Shown in pieces: positions 55,198-64,000 of a DNA stretch of 64,000 bases (position 1 is the first letter of the stretch; each line of letters begins with the position of its first letter). The notes beneath the pieces are model-generated. The model worked only from the letters and a program-made list of their open reading frames with translations. It was not told where the DNA came from and did no database searches. The translations under genes and the position numbers were made by a program. This DNA comes from a bacterium (GTDB lineage: Bacteria; Hinthialibacterota; Hinthialibacteria; Hinthialibacterales; Hinthialibacteraceae). The stretch is from positions 1,440,001 to 1,504,000 of the forward strand of contig CAXXMV010000006.1 in the NCBI GenBank assembly GCA_963662285.2, written 5' to 3'.

Positions 55198-57681
55198 ATG
55201 CGCAACGTTTCTCTATATTTATCAATCGGTTTGGCTGTTTTATTATCTTCATGTGGAGCAAAACAGGATAATTCTTCAAAATCAGTGCTGCATCTTTTCT
55301 CTGATGCGGAACTGGTTGAAGCGCAAGGCGCGCTTCAATATCCTGAAGACAATAAACCACTGCCTTCCATGTTAACCTATCCACACGACTCCGCATTATG
55401 GATGACCGATTGGCAGGGTAAGCAGGCGCTGCGTTTTGAAAGCAATGAATCCGGTGATTTGCGTGGTACGCTTTATTCGTTTCATAAACCACTCGAAAAG
55501 AACTTTGAGGTCTGTTTAAGCAGCTGGATGGATATTTCACGTCCAGAATCATGGAATGGCATTGTATTTTGGATGGGTGATAACATCAAACGCGCGGTCG
55601 GCGTCAGATGGAAAACCATTGGAGTTAAAAATGAAATATCTGTTCAGGTATTCAATTATCTATTCCCTCATGTTAATCCATTGCTGAAGCGTTCATTGCC
55701 CATTAATGATTCACATTGGGCTGATATCAAACTCAGCGTTCAAGACAATAAAATATCTTTCACCATTGACGATCAGCAACCAGTCACTTTCCAGGCAAAA
55801 GAAGAATGGTATTTAGGCGATACATTTGGATTATTCCAGGGCCTAGGAACGGGATTCTTCGCTGATTTAGTCGCTTCAATGGGAAACAACCAGTATCAAT
55901 TTGGCGATCTCTTCAAAAATTGGAACAACGAGATGGCCAAAACCACCCGCAAAATCCTGCTTGAAAAAACTGCAATCCCCGACGATTTCGTCGGTAAGGA
56001 TATTCAGGTGCGTAGGCTCGCTATCGCGGATGACTGGCGTACTACCGTTCCAGTGCATTGTCCCAGCCAATTGGTTTACAAAGTATCTGTTCCTGCAAAC
56101 GCTGTATTGCATTCAGCCTTTGGCATTCTGCCGCCTTTTTCGCTGGTTTCGACCGCAGCTGAATTTCAAATAATCGCCAGGACATCCAATAATAAGGAGA
56201 AAATACTTGCTTCTAAAGTAATAACTCCGGTAAATGAACCGCTAAGTTCTTTCCGGTTCCATGATTATCATTTATCGCTGGCTGAGTATGCCGGAAGCGA
56301 AATTGATCTGATATTCAAACTTGACAGACTGAGCGGGGAAGAGCCGCTGATCGCCTGTTGGGCTGAACCCGTCATCGGCGTTTCTAAACCCGAAAAGAAG
56401 AAGACCAATGTCCTGTTGGTTCTGCTCGATACTCTCCGGGCGGATCGCGTTGGAGCCTACGGTAATCAGAGCGGCCTGACGCCATACATTGATCAATTGG
56501 CTCTAAACGGTTCGACCTTCCTTCAGACTGTATCGCAGGCGCCTTGGACTACCCCGTCACACGCCTCTTTCTTTACTGGTCTCTACCCGTCCGAAACCGG
56601 CTGCGGTAATCCCGGAAGCAAGGGAAACCGCTTGCAGGAATCCTATCTAACCTGGGCTGAACGTCTCCAGCAAACCGGCTATAGCACCGCCGCCTTCACC
56701 TCTGGAATCGCCGTGCGCGGCGACCTGGGCTTTAACCAGGGTTTCGACCGCTATTATGATATGATGTACGACAGTTCATATAGTTACGAAGCAGTTCATC
56801 AACGCGCCTGTGAATGGTGGGACGCGCATCAGGGCGAGCCGTTCTTCCTGTTTTTACATACTTACGCCGTACATTTTCCCTACAAGCATCATCAGTTCCT
56901 GGAATACCGCAATATCGCCCGGACATGGGATGATCAAAAAATACTGGATGATGATTCGTATGATGGCGGCGTGCGCTATGCTGATGAATGGACTGGTTCC
57001 ATTATTCGCGAGTTAAAGCAGAGAAAGCTCTTCGATTCAACTTTGATCATCATCGCTTCCGACCACGGTGAAGACCTTGGCGAACGGGGCATGCCCCGGC
57101 CATCGCGGCATGGGCATACGCTTTATGATGAACTATTGCAGGTTCCCTTGATTTTTCATCTCCCCGGCAGCATACCTCAGGGCAAGAAAATCAATCAGCA
57201 AGTGCGTTTGCTTGATATGATGCCCACCGTCTTGGATGTATTGGGGCTGGAACAACCTGTTATCCAACGCGGCAAGACTCTGTTGCCTCTTATGAACGGT
57301 AAAAAAGAGATTGATAGATTTTCCTATAGTGAGGGAATGACCTACGGTACGGATCAAAAAGCGGTACGAACCGAAACATTCAAATACATCTTCGCGCCGG
57401 ATATTAATAAAAAACTGGATAACTCACCTACTGGATACCCCATGCCCGTACCTGCGCCTATCCAGTTATACGACTTAAAAGCTGATCCCGCAGAAACCAA
57501 TAATATTGCCGCTCAACAACCCAAACACCTACAAGATATGCAAGCCATATATCAGTATATTCAAAGTGAATCACTATCCCCGGAATTCTTCACCAGCGGC
57601 GATACCACGCTTGAACCTCCCGCTATTCCCGCTGATATACAGGAACAGATGGAAAAACTTGGATATGCAGCGAAGAACTAG
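55198..57681 (+). CDS. Sulfatase-like lipoprotein with N-terminal beta-sandwich domains
   Basis: LLSSC lipobox; LDTLRAD, APWTTPSHASFFTGLYP, FLFLHTY, ASDHGE, HGHTLY, QLYDL. Confidence 0.88.
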   Translation: MRNVSLYLSIGLAVLLSSCGAKQDNSSKSVLHLFSDAELVEAQGALQYPEDNKPLPSMLTYPHDSALWMTDWQGKQALRFESNESGDLRGTLYSFHKPLEKNFEVCLSSWMDISRPESWNGIVFWMGDNIKRAVGVRWKTIGVKNEISVQVFNYLFPHVNPLLKRSLPINDSHWADIKLSVQDNKISFTIDDQQPVTFQAKEEWYLGDTFGLFQGLGTGFFADLVASMGNNQYQFGDLFKNWNNEMAKTTRKILLEKTAIPDDFVGKDIQVRRLAIADDWRTTVPVHCPSQLVYKVSVPANAVLHSAFGILPPFSLVSTAAEFQIIARTSNNKEKILASKVITPVNEPLSSFRFHDYHLSLAEYAGSEIDLIFKLDRLSGEEPLIACWAEPVIGVSKPEKKKTNVLLVLLDTLRADRVGAYGNQSGLTPYIDQLALNGSTFLQTVSQAPWTTPSHASFFTGLYPSETGCGNPGSKGNRLQESYLTWAERLQQTGYSTAAFTSGIAVRGDLGFNQGFDRYYDMMYDSSYSYEAVHQRACEWWDAHQGEPFFLFLHTYAVHFPYKHHQFLEYRNIARTWDDQKILDDDSYDGGVRYADEWTGSIIRELKQRKLFDSTLIIIASDHGEDLGERGMPRPSRHGHTLYDELLQVPLIFHLPGSIPQGKKINQQVRLLDMMPTVLDVLGLEQPVIQRGKTLLPLMNGKKEIDRFSYSEGMTYGTDQKAVRTETFKYIFAPDINKKLDNSPTGYPMPVPAPIQLYDLKADPAETNNIAAQQPKHLQDMQAIYQYIQSESLSPEFFTSGDTTLEPPAIPADIQEQMEKLGYAAKN

Positions 57682-57932
57682 GGATTATGTTGATAGTTTG
57701 GATTAGGTTAGCGTTGGTAAGTTGTAGTTTTTGTGTGGAGTATAGATTTTTCTTATATAGAGTGTGAGAACACTCTTTCTTTTAATTAATTCTACTGAAG
57801 AATATCTTCACAAATAAGATAATATCGCTTTATATCTACTAGAATCTGTGATAGGATTTTTTCGTTCGACGATATCTTATTAAAAATCAATTGATTATTA
57901 TCACTTATTCCGCAATTTAGGAAGACACTATA

Positions 57933-59318
57933 ATGAAAATTTTATTTCGTTCGATTCTATTACTATGCCTGATTACTAGCGCTGCTTCACCCGATGATCT
58001 TAAAACTCAGGTTGATCAGTATTTTCGTCCTCTTCTGGAATGGAAGCCTAAATGCGCATTGGTAATTGGAGTCGTCGAAAACGGTAATCAGCATGTTTTT
58101 AGTTACGGGCAAATGTCCCATGATAATCCCCAAAAACCGGATGGTGATACGGTCTTCGAGATTGGTTCGATTACGAAAGTTTTTACTGCAATTCTACTTT
58201 CTGATATGGTGCTCAAGGGTGAGGTAAATCTGGAGGATTCCATTAAAAAATATCTACCTGATTCAGTAACAATGCCAAATTGGAAAGCGCGGGATATTAC
58301 TTTGCATGATTTGGTATGTCATATTTCGGGTTTGCCTGGACTACCTAGTAATATGAAACAAGAAGATGCTGTAAATCCTTTCGCCAATTATTCTGTGGAG
58401 AATTTATATGAATTTCTCAATCAAGTAGAATGTAAAACAGAACCTGGAACAAAATATGCCTATTCAGAAAGTGGATTTGGTTTACTGGGGCATTTGTTAG
58501 AGAGGATAAGCAATTCTAACTATGAGACCCTCTTGGCATCACGATTGACTAAACCATTGGGTATGAAAGATACTGTAATAACTTTCAATTCGGATATACG
58601 CTCAAGAGTGGCTCAAGGTTATGAAAGAGATGATACTCCTATAAAGAACTGGGATTTAGCAGAGGCCCTTGTGGGAGCGGGTGCGATACGATCCACCGTC
58701 AATGACATTATGATATTTCTCCGCGCCAATATGGAAATTGATCAAACAAGCCTAACACCGGCCATGAAATTCTCGCATCAAGCCCACCTTCCGAAGGATA
58801 AACAAGTGAATCAGAGTATTTGTCTTGGTTGGCATATTTCTTACGGTGGCAATTATAGAACTCCCTTTATTAGTAAGGGTGGAGAAACGGGTGGCTATCG
58901 CGGATTCCTAGGATTTAATAAAGAAAAACAAATTGGAGTGGTAGCAATGATTAATTACAGCGTTTGGCAAATGGAAAGTGGAGTTAAACATTTAATGAGC
59001 GTCCTTTCGGGTTCGGAAGCATATATGGATATGCCAGAAAAAACCCAAAAAATATCAGTTGCTCCCTCCATATTAGATGCTTATGTCGGCCAATATGAAC
59101 TACCAGGCAAAGTAATAGTACTAATCACGAAATTTAATAATCGTTTATATGTTCGAACTGCGGGAGGAGAAATAATGCCAGCTTTTCCTGTTTCGGAAAC
59201 TGTGTTTTTTGCTAAGAGATTTCAGGCGGAAATTACGTTTTGTAAAAACGATCAAGGAAAGGTTACGCATTTTCTTTTGCATCAAGGTCTAGATCATAAA
59301 GCAATGAAAATCAAATAA
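57933..59318 (+). CDS. Serine hydrolase (AmpC/AmpH-like) with DUF3471-like C-terminal domain
   Basis: FEIGSITK, YAYSE, KGGETGGY, LDAYVGQYE. Confidence 0.9.
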   Translation: MKILFRSILLLCLITSAASPDDLKTQVDQYFRPLLEWKPKCALVIGVVENGNQHVFSYGQMSHDNPQKPDGDTVFEIGSITKVFTAILLSDMVLKGEVNLEDSIKKYLPDSVTMPNWKARDITLHDLVCHISGLPGLPSNMKQEDAVNPFANYSVENLYEFLNQVECKTEPGTKYAYSESGFGLLGHLLERISNSNYETLLASRLTKPLGMKDTVITFNSDIRSRVAQGYERDDTPIKNWDLAEALVGAGAIRSTVNDIMIFLRANMEIDQTSLTPAMKFSHQAHLPKDKQVNQSICLGWHISYGGNYRTPFISKGGETGGYRGFLGFNKEKQIGVVAMINYSVWQMESGVKHLMSVLSGSEAYMDMPEKTQKISVAPSILDAYVGQYELPGKVIVLITKFNNRLYVRTAGGEIMPAFPVSETVFFAKRFQAEITFCKNDQGKVTHFLLHQGLDHKAMKIK

Positions 59319-59413
59319 CATTGTTCCTGACTCATACAGCCAATACAAATTCCATAATATTAGGAATAACATACAGTCTAGGAATATCAATTTTTGCAAT
59401 TACTTAATCATAA

Positions 59414-59458
59414 AAAATCCTGAATATCCCACCCATCCTGGATATCCAGATTCAGACA
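59414..59458 (+). repeat. Lone end of the GATTCAGACA repeat family
   Basis: AAAATCCTGAATATCC...ATCCAGATTCAGACA resembles 10191-10235. Confidence 0.7.
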
Positions 59459-59475
59459 AAATAACCAAAAGCCAC

Positions 59476-60975
59476 CTATTGCTTTTCCACATCCCGTTCA
59501 AAGATAAAAAACCATCCATAATAGCTCTCTCCAAACGAAACGCGCTGCGGCGGTTTGAAATTCTCATCCAGCCATTCACGCATGGGTGTCATCAGGGGAT
59601 CATCCATTATCTGGCGGATATATTTGTCATAGGCCACTACGCAGCCGATGGGCAGCGTCTTCCAATACTCAACCGTCCGCTGCATATCATCAGGCGTCAT
59701 ATAGCCGCGTCCTGCGATAGTCATGAAAAATGGCATACGCGTCATGCGTTCGCCTTGAAACGCGGGGGGAATCTCTTTATCAGTCCAGACATAAAGCGCT
59801 GGATTGGTAAGATTTAGCAGATATGGTTCATCGCAAAAACGTTTAGCGTGTTTGGCCAGATTGCTCTCATCGGTCAGAGATATCCCTGGATAGAACCAAT
59901 CGTTTTTAGGCCAACCAGCCATTGATGCAAGAATAAAAACACCTATACCTATCCAGTTAACCAGTGTTTTCTTTTCAAAGCGCTGAGTAATTTGATCCAG
60001 CAGCCATGCAGCGAAGGCGCCCGCCAACAATGCCGTCGGCGCCGCGCAAACCAGGAAATAATGACGCCATAGGTGAGTCGGGATGATAATATTCCCTAGC
60101 AAAACGGTAATAAACAATATCCATACAAAGCCAATCGTTTTATATTGCTTACCCTTCAGTAACATCAGGGAACCGAGGGGTAGAATCCATAAAACCGGGG
60201 CGAGATTTACGATTGATTTCCATTCATGCCAGCGGAAAATCATGGTGTGATGCGTGAAAGCTCCAGCCATCAGGTGGTGAGCCGTCCAGATATCGAACCA
60301 CATGGCAGGCAACGCGCCCAGTATGAGCATAGTAATCAGGAAAGGCGCCATGATCAACATGATTCCTACAATCCACGTCAAGCCATCTTTGATGAATCTG
60401 TCAAGAGATTTTTCTTGACAGAAGATAAGCCATGCTGCAATAGCCGGGGGAATCACGAAAATGGCAGTCTGTTTGGATAGGGCGTATAAGCCCAGCACGA
60501 CCCCAGACAGTAGTATGCGTTTAGTATTATTGCGGATTAATCCTGTTATCAGCAGCCAATAGACTATCGTTTCAAACCAGGGCGCCCAGGTTGAAGTATG
60601 CAGGTATTTAGCCCAGATGCAGGTGAACGGTTCGAGGGTTAGAATCAGCAATGCCGCCCAGGCCGCTTTTTCTCCCAGAAGTTCCTTGCTTAAAAGCCAG
60701 AGCGCTAATAGTCCAATTAAGCTAAATAGAACCATTGCCAAGCGCATGGGGATTATAGGTGCGTCTCCCACCAGGAAGAACAGGGCGGCTATTATAGGCG
60801 CCAGGGGAGTCTTGTTGAATTGGGTGTCGCGGTAGATTACATAACCATCGGCCAGTTGTTTGCCTTCCGCCCAATAGACTCCCTCATCGACGTTGGTGCC
60901 GCACCAGACAGTGGCCAGGCGGATGATGGCCGCGATTATTAAGATTGCAATTAAGTATCGGTTGTTTTTGGACAT
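59476..60975 (-). CDS. GT-C fold (ArnT/PMT-like) membrane glycosyltransferase
   Basis: NVDEGVY, YRD..FNKTP, LSKQ, WRHYF; multiple TM helices. Confidence 0.85.
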   Translation of the reverse strand: MSKNNRYLIAILIIAAIIRLATVWCGTNVDEGVYWAEGKQLADGYVIYRDTQFNKTPLAPIIAALFFLVGDAPIIPMRLAMVLFSLIGLLALWLLSKELLGEKAAWAALLILTLEPFTCIWAKYLHTSTWAPWFETIVYWLLITGLIRNNTKRILLSGVVLGLYALSKQTAIFVIPPAIAAWLIFCQEKSLDRFIKDGLTWIVGIMLIMAPFLITMLILGALPAMWFDIWTAHHLMAGAFTHHTMIFRWHEWKSIVNLAPVLWILPLGSLMLLKGKQYKTIGFVWILFITVLLGNIIIPTHLWRHYFLVCAAPTALLAGAFAAWLLDQITQRFEKKTLVNWIGIGVFILASMAGWPKNDWFYPGISLTDESNLAKHAKRFCDEPYLLNLTNPALYVWTDKEIPPAFQGERMTRMPFFMTIAGRGYMTPDDMQRTVEYWKTLPIGCVVAYDKYIRQIMDDPLMTPMREWLDENFKPPQRVSFGESYYGWFFIFERDVEKQ

Positions 60976-60979
60976 AAGG

Positions 60980-62032
60980 CTAAGCGTTCATCAATGCGCT
61001 TTGGATATCAGAAGGCTCTAGATCATAAATCGATTCGGGAATTGCGTCATTAAACTTATTGTCAAAGATATGACAGGCCACTTGCCGGTTCCCGATCTGC
61101 ATCAACTGTGGTTCATGCTTGTCGCAGGGATCGAAGCAAAAATGGCAGCGCGGGTGGAAGCGGCAACCCGAAGGTGGATCGATAGGATCGGGTACGTCTC
61201 CCTCCAGTAGTATGCGTTTTCTCTTCTCTTCAGGATCGGGAATCGGGGCCGCTTCGAGCAATGCGCGGGTATAGGGATGCAATGGTTTAGTATAGAGGAT
61301 TTCGGTTTCAGCCAGTTCAACGATCTTACCCAGGTACATGATGGCCACGCGGTCGCTGATATGACGAACCACGGAAAGGTCGTGGGCGATAAACAGATAA
61401 CTGAGACCCAATTGGTCTTTCAAATCCATCATCAGATTAACGATCTGCGCCTGGATCGAAACATCCAACGCCGAGACCGCTTCATCGGCCACAATCAATT
61501 CCGGTTCAACCGTCAGAGCGCGGGCGATGCCTATTCTCTGCCGTTGGCCGCCGGAAAATTCATGGGGATAACGGTTCAGGTGTTCTTCCAGCAGCCCGAC
61601 TTTTTTCATTAAATCGATGCATCTTTCACGTAAATCCGCCTTGGTTAGCGCTAATTTGAATATTTTAATCGGTTCGCTCAAAGCGCTGCCCACTTTTAAG
61701 CGGGGATTGAGCGACGAGTATGGGTCCTGGAAGATAATCTGCATCTGCTTGCGGTAGGGTCGCATCTCTTTATTGGATAGATCAAGCAGGTTGGGAGAAT
61801 CCTTAAAATAGACTTCTCCTGAGGTCGCATCCAAAAGGTTGAGGATCATGCGCCCGACCGTGGTCTTACCGCATCCGCTTTCGCCCGCCAGACCCAGCGT
61901 TTCGCCTTTATGAATAACCAGATCGACGCCGTCAACCGCTTTTACATGATTGACGATTCTTCCGAGAACGCCTTTTTTGATCGGAAAATGCTTGACTAGA
62001 TTTTTAACCCTAAGTAATGGTTCCAATTTCAC
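60980..62032 (-). CDS. oppF: Oligopeptide/dipeptide ABC transporter ATP-binding subunit
   Basis: [47 protein letters not shown]. Confidence 0.9.
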   Translation of the reverse strand: MKLEPLLRVKNLVKHFPIKKGVLGRIVNHVKAVDGVDLVIHKGETLGLAGESGCGKTTVGRMILNLLDATSGEVYFKDSPNLLDLSNKEMRPYRKQMQIIFQDPYSSLNPRLKVGSALSEPIKIFKLALTKADLRERCIDLMKKVGLLEEHLNRYPHEFSGGQRQRIGIARALTVEPELIVADEAVSALDVSIQAQIVNLMMDLKDQLGLSYLFIAHDLSVVRHISDRVAIMYLGKIVELAETEILYTKPLHPYTRALLEAAPIPDPEEKRKRILLEGDVPDPIDPPSGCRFHPRCHFCFDPCDKHEPQLMQIGNRQVACHIFDNKFNDAIPESIYDLEPSDIQSALMNA

Positions 62033-62215
62033 TATTGATATCCTGTTTTTCTGAGCTAACGGCTATAATTACTACTCGATAATAAAGAGAGAACAGCAAA
62101 ACGAAAAGGGATCGTTTCCAGTCAGTCTCTCATCTACAGCGCCTTATTGAGCGATTCCTTTATTCAATGTAGTATAACCCTCTCAGCAATCCCAATCAGG
62201 AGAACCATATAACCG

Positions 62216-63490
62216 ATGAAATTGCAACGACCCATAGGTACTTACGATCTTACTCCGGAAGAAACATCCGTTTGGATTATCCTTGAAAACCGCATCAGGG
62301 ATATGTTCCACCGCTATAACTATGGTGAAATCCGCACCCCGATGTTCGAGTATACTGAACTTTTTCAACGCGGCGTAGGCGAAGCCAGTGATATTGTCGC
62401 CAAGGAGATGTATACCTTTAAGGATCGCGGCGACCGCAGCCTTACTCTACGTCCCGAAGGAACGGCGGGCGTAGTTCGCGCATTCATCGAAAACGGTTTA
62501 GAGAAAAAAAGCCCTGGAATATCCAAACTATTCTATTTAGCACCCATGTTTCGTTACGAACGCAAACAACGGGGGCGCTTCCGTCAACATGTTCAATACG
62601 GCTGCGAGGTTTTCGGCGCTGACGGTCCCAATATTGACGTTGAATTGCTGGTTATGCTCAATCAGTTTTATCAGGAACTCGGATTGATCGAACTTGATCT
62701 GATAATCAACAGCGTGGGCTGCAATGTTTGCCGTCCCGGTCATCGTGATGAATTCGTGGCCTGGGCTAAACCTTATCTGAAAGATTTCTGCGAAGATTGC
62801 CAACGCCGCTTCGGCGCTAATCCCCTGCGGATGTTTGATTGCAAAGAGGAACAATGTCAAAAAATCCTGCAACACGCCCCGAAATTGATTGATTACCTCT
62901 GCGATTCCTGTCAGCCCCATTTTGAAGAACTACGGGCCGGGTTGGATCGGCATGGCATCACCTATGAAGTCGATCCCAAACTGGTGCGCGGTTTGGATTA
63001 CTACACCAAGACCGCCTTCGAGATGAGCTACGCCCCGCTAGGATCGCAAGGCGTATTGATGGGCGGAGGCCGTTACGACGGATTAACCAAGTACCTGGGA
63101 GGCTCTAACACCCCCGGCATCGGCTTCGGCGCCGGCTTAGAACGTCTCATCATGATATTGCAGGAAACAGGCAAGGGAATTGAGCCAGACACGGGCATGG
63201 ACCTATTCGCAGTATCTATGGGAGACCGTGCGAAGATTGAAATAGAAGGCCTGTTGCTCAAAGCCAGGGCATTAGGTCTACGATGCGACCGCGACTTCAC
63301 TGGAAAATCAGTCAAAAAGCAATTCCTGGCCGCCAACAAACTAGGTGCCCGCTTCGCTGTAGTAATCGGCGACGATGAAATTGATAAAAAGATAATCCTG
63401 CTGAAAAACCTGGTAGAAGGCTCGCAACAGGAAATCCCCTGGACTGATGATTTGTCTGAATTACGGGATAGTATCAATGGTTCCGCATAA
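62216..63490 (+). CDS. hisS: Histidine--tRNA ligase
   Basis: LRPEGTAG, FRYERKQRGRFRQH, LVRGLDYY, GGGRYDGL, GFGAGLER. Confidence 0.98.
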   Translation: MKLQRPIGTYDLTPEETSVWIILENRIRDMFHRYNYGEIRTPMFEYTELFQRGVGEASDIVAKEMYTFKDRGDRSLTLRPEGTAGVVRAFIENGLEKKSPGISKLFYLAPMFRYERKQRGRFRQHVQYGCEVFGADGPNIDVELLVMLNQFYQELGLIELDLIINSVGCNVCRPGHRDEFVAWAKPYLKDFCEDCQRRFGANPLRMFDCKEEQCQKILQHAPKLIDYLCDSCQPHFEELRAGLDRHGITYEVDPKLVRGLDYYTKTAFEMSYAPLGSQGVLMGGGRYDGLTKYLGGSNTPGIGFGAGLERLIMILQETGKGIEPDTGMDLFAVSMGDRAKIEIEGLLLKARALGLRCDRDFTGKSVKKQFLAANKLGARFAVVIGDDEIDKKIILLKNLVEGSQQEIPWTDDLSELRDSINGSA

Positions 63491-63582
63491 ACTGATTATT
63501 ATCATAACCAATTGAAAAATCTCAGGTGTTAGAAAACAACCCTCTCTTTGAATGACCGGGCACATAGTTTACACTTTAGCAT

Positions 63583-63612
63583 GTAGGGTGGGTCGCGCCT
63601 CACCGACCCACC
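63583..63612 (+). repeat. GTAG REP
   Basis: GTAGGGTGGGTCG-CGCCTCAC-CGACCCACC. Confidence 0.75.
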
Positions 63613-63646
63613 GAAACCACCTAAGTATCCAAACATATCCGATGGT

Positions 63647-63680
63647 AAAAAAAGCCCAGGATGAAAATCCCGGGCTTTTT
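63647..63680. terminator. Bidirectional terminator
   Basis: AAAAAGCCC(A)GGAT...ATCCCGGGCTTTTT. Confidence 0.7.
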
Positions 63681-63709
63681 GAATTATTGTAACCTATGCG
63701 AAGCCGTTA

Positions 63710-64000
63710 TCACCACTCCCAACCCGCTAATTGAATTTCGTTGGTTTCTTCAAACTGACGAGTAGAATATGAAGAATCATAAACTTGGTCAGTGTGAATC
63801 TTATAGGCCGTATTACTAAAAATCCAATAGGTTTTCCGGGGGATTTTTATTTTGACTATATATTCTCGCTGTTCCACAGGTGAATCGCCCTGTTTTGGTA
63901 TTGGCAGAGGTCTCATCCAAATGCTAGGATCCATATACTGCTCTCTTCGATAATCACCCTGTTGTGAAGCATGGGTTATTCTGGATGTAACAGACTGAAC
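63710..64000 (-). CDS. 3' end of a hypothetical protein running off the window
   Basis: Frame of ORF 63710..63934 stays open to 64000 (VQSVTSR...EQYMDPS...AGWEW). Confidence 0.6.
   Translation of the reverse strand, partial: VQSVTSRITHASQQGDYRREQYMDPSIWMRPLPIPKQGDSPVEQREYIVKIKIPRKTYWIFSNTAYKIHTDQVYDSSYSTRQFEETNEIQLAGWEW

Overview
Bacterial chromosomal window (about 45 CDSs) rich in secreted/Tat-type oxidoreductases, carbohydrate and peptide hydrolases and housekeeping genes (split transketolase, eukaryotic-type citrate synthase, DtxR-feoAB, hisS). The main accessory element is an AT-rich 6.2 kb defence island between rfaE2 and mlaE. It is bracketed by an exact 12-bp direct repeat (AGTTGTAGGTAA at 10777-10788 and 17009-17020) and encodes no integrase. 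It carries a RelE/YafQ-type TA pair, an AAA-ATPase + RloB (AbiL-like) pair, and a catalytically dead 633-aa Argonaute followed by a stand-alone SIR2 protein. The Argonaute promoter has a perfect 12-bp inverted repeat over its -10. Other notable items: an LRR-Roc-COR (Roco) gene with a mosaic 69-bp repeat array, an orphan gene between ~110-bp direct repeats, four families of REP/MITE-like palindromes, a sigma54 promoter with paired enhancer dyads upstream of a repeat-rich CotH kinase, two DtxR-like operators and one frameshifted hydrolase. No rRNA, tRNA or CRISPR array was recognised. All calls are by eye from motifs; no database searches were run.
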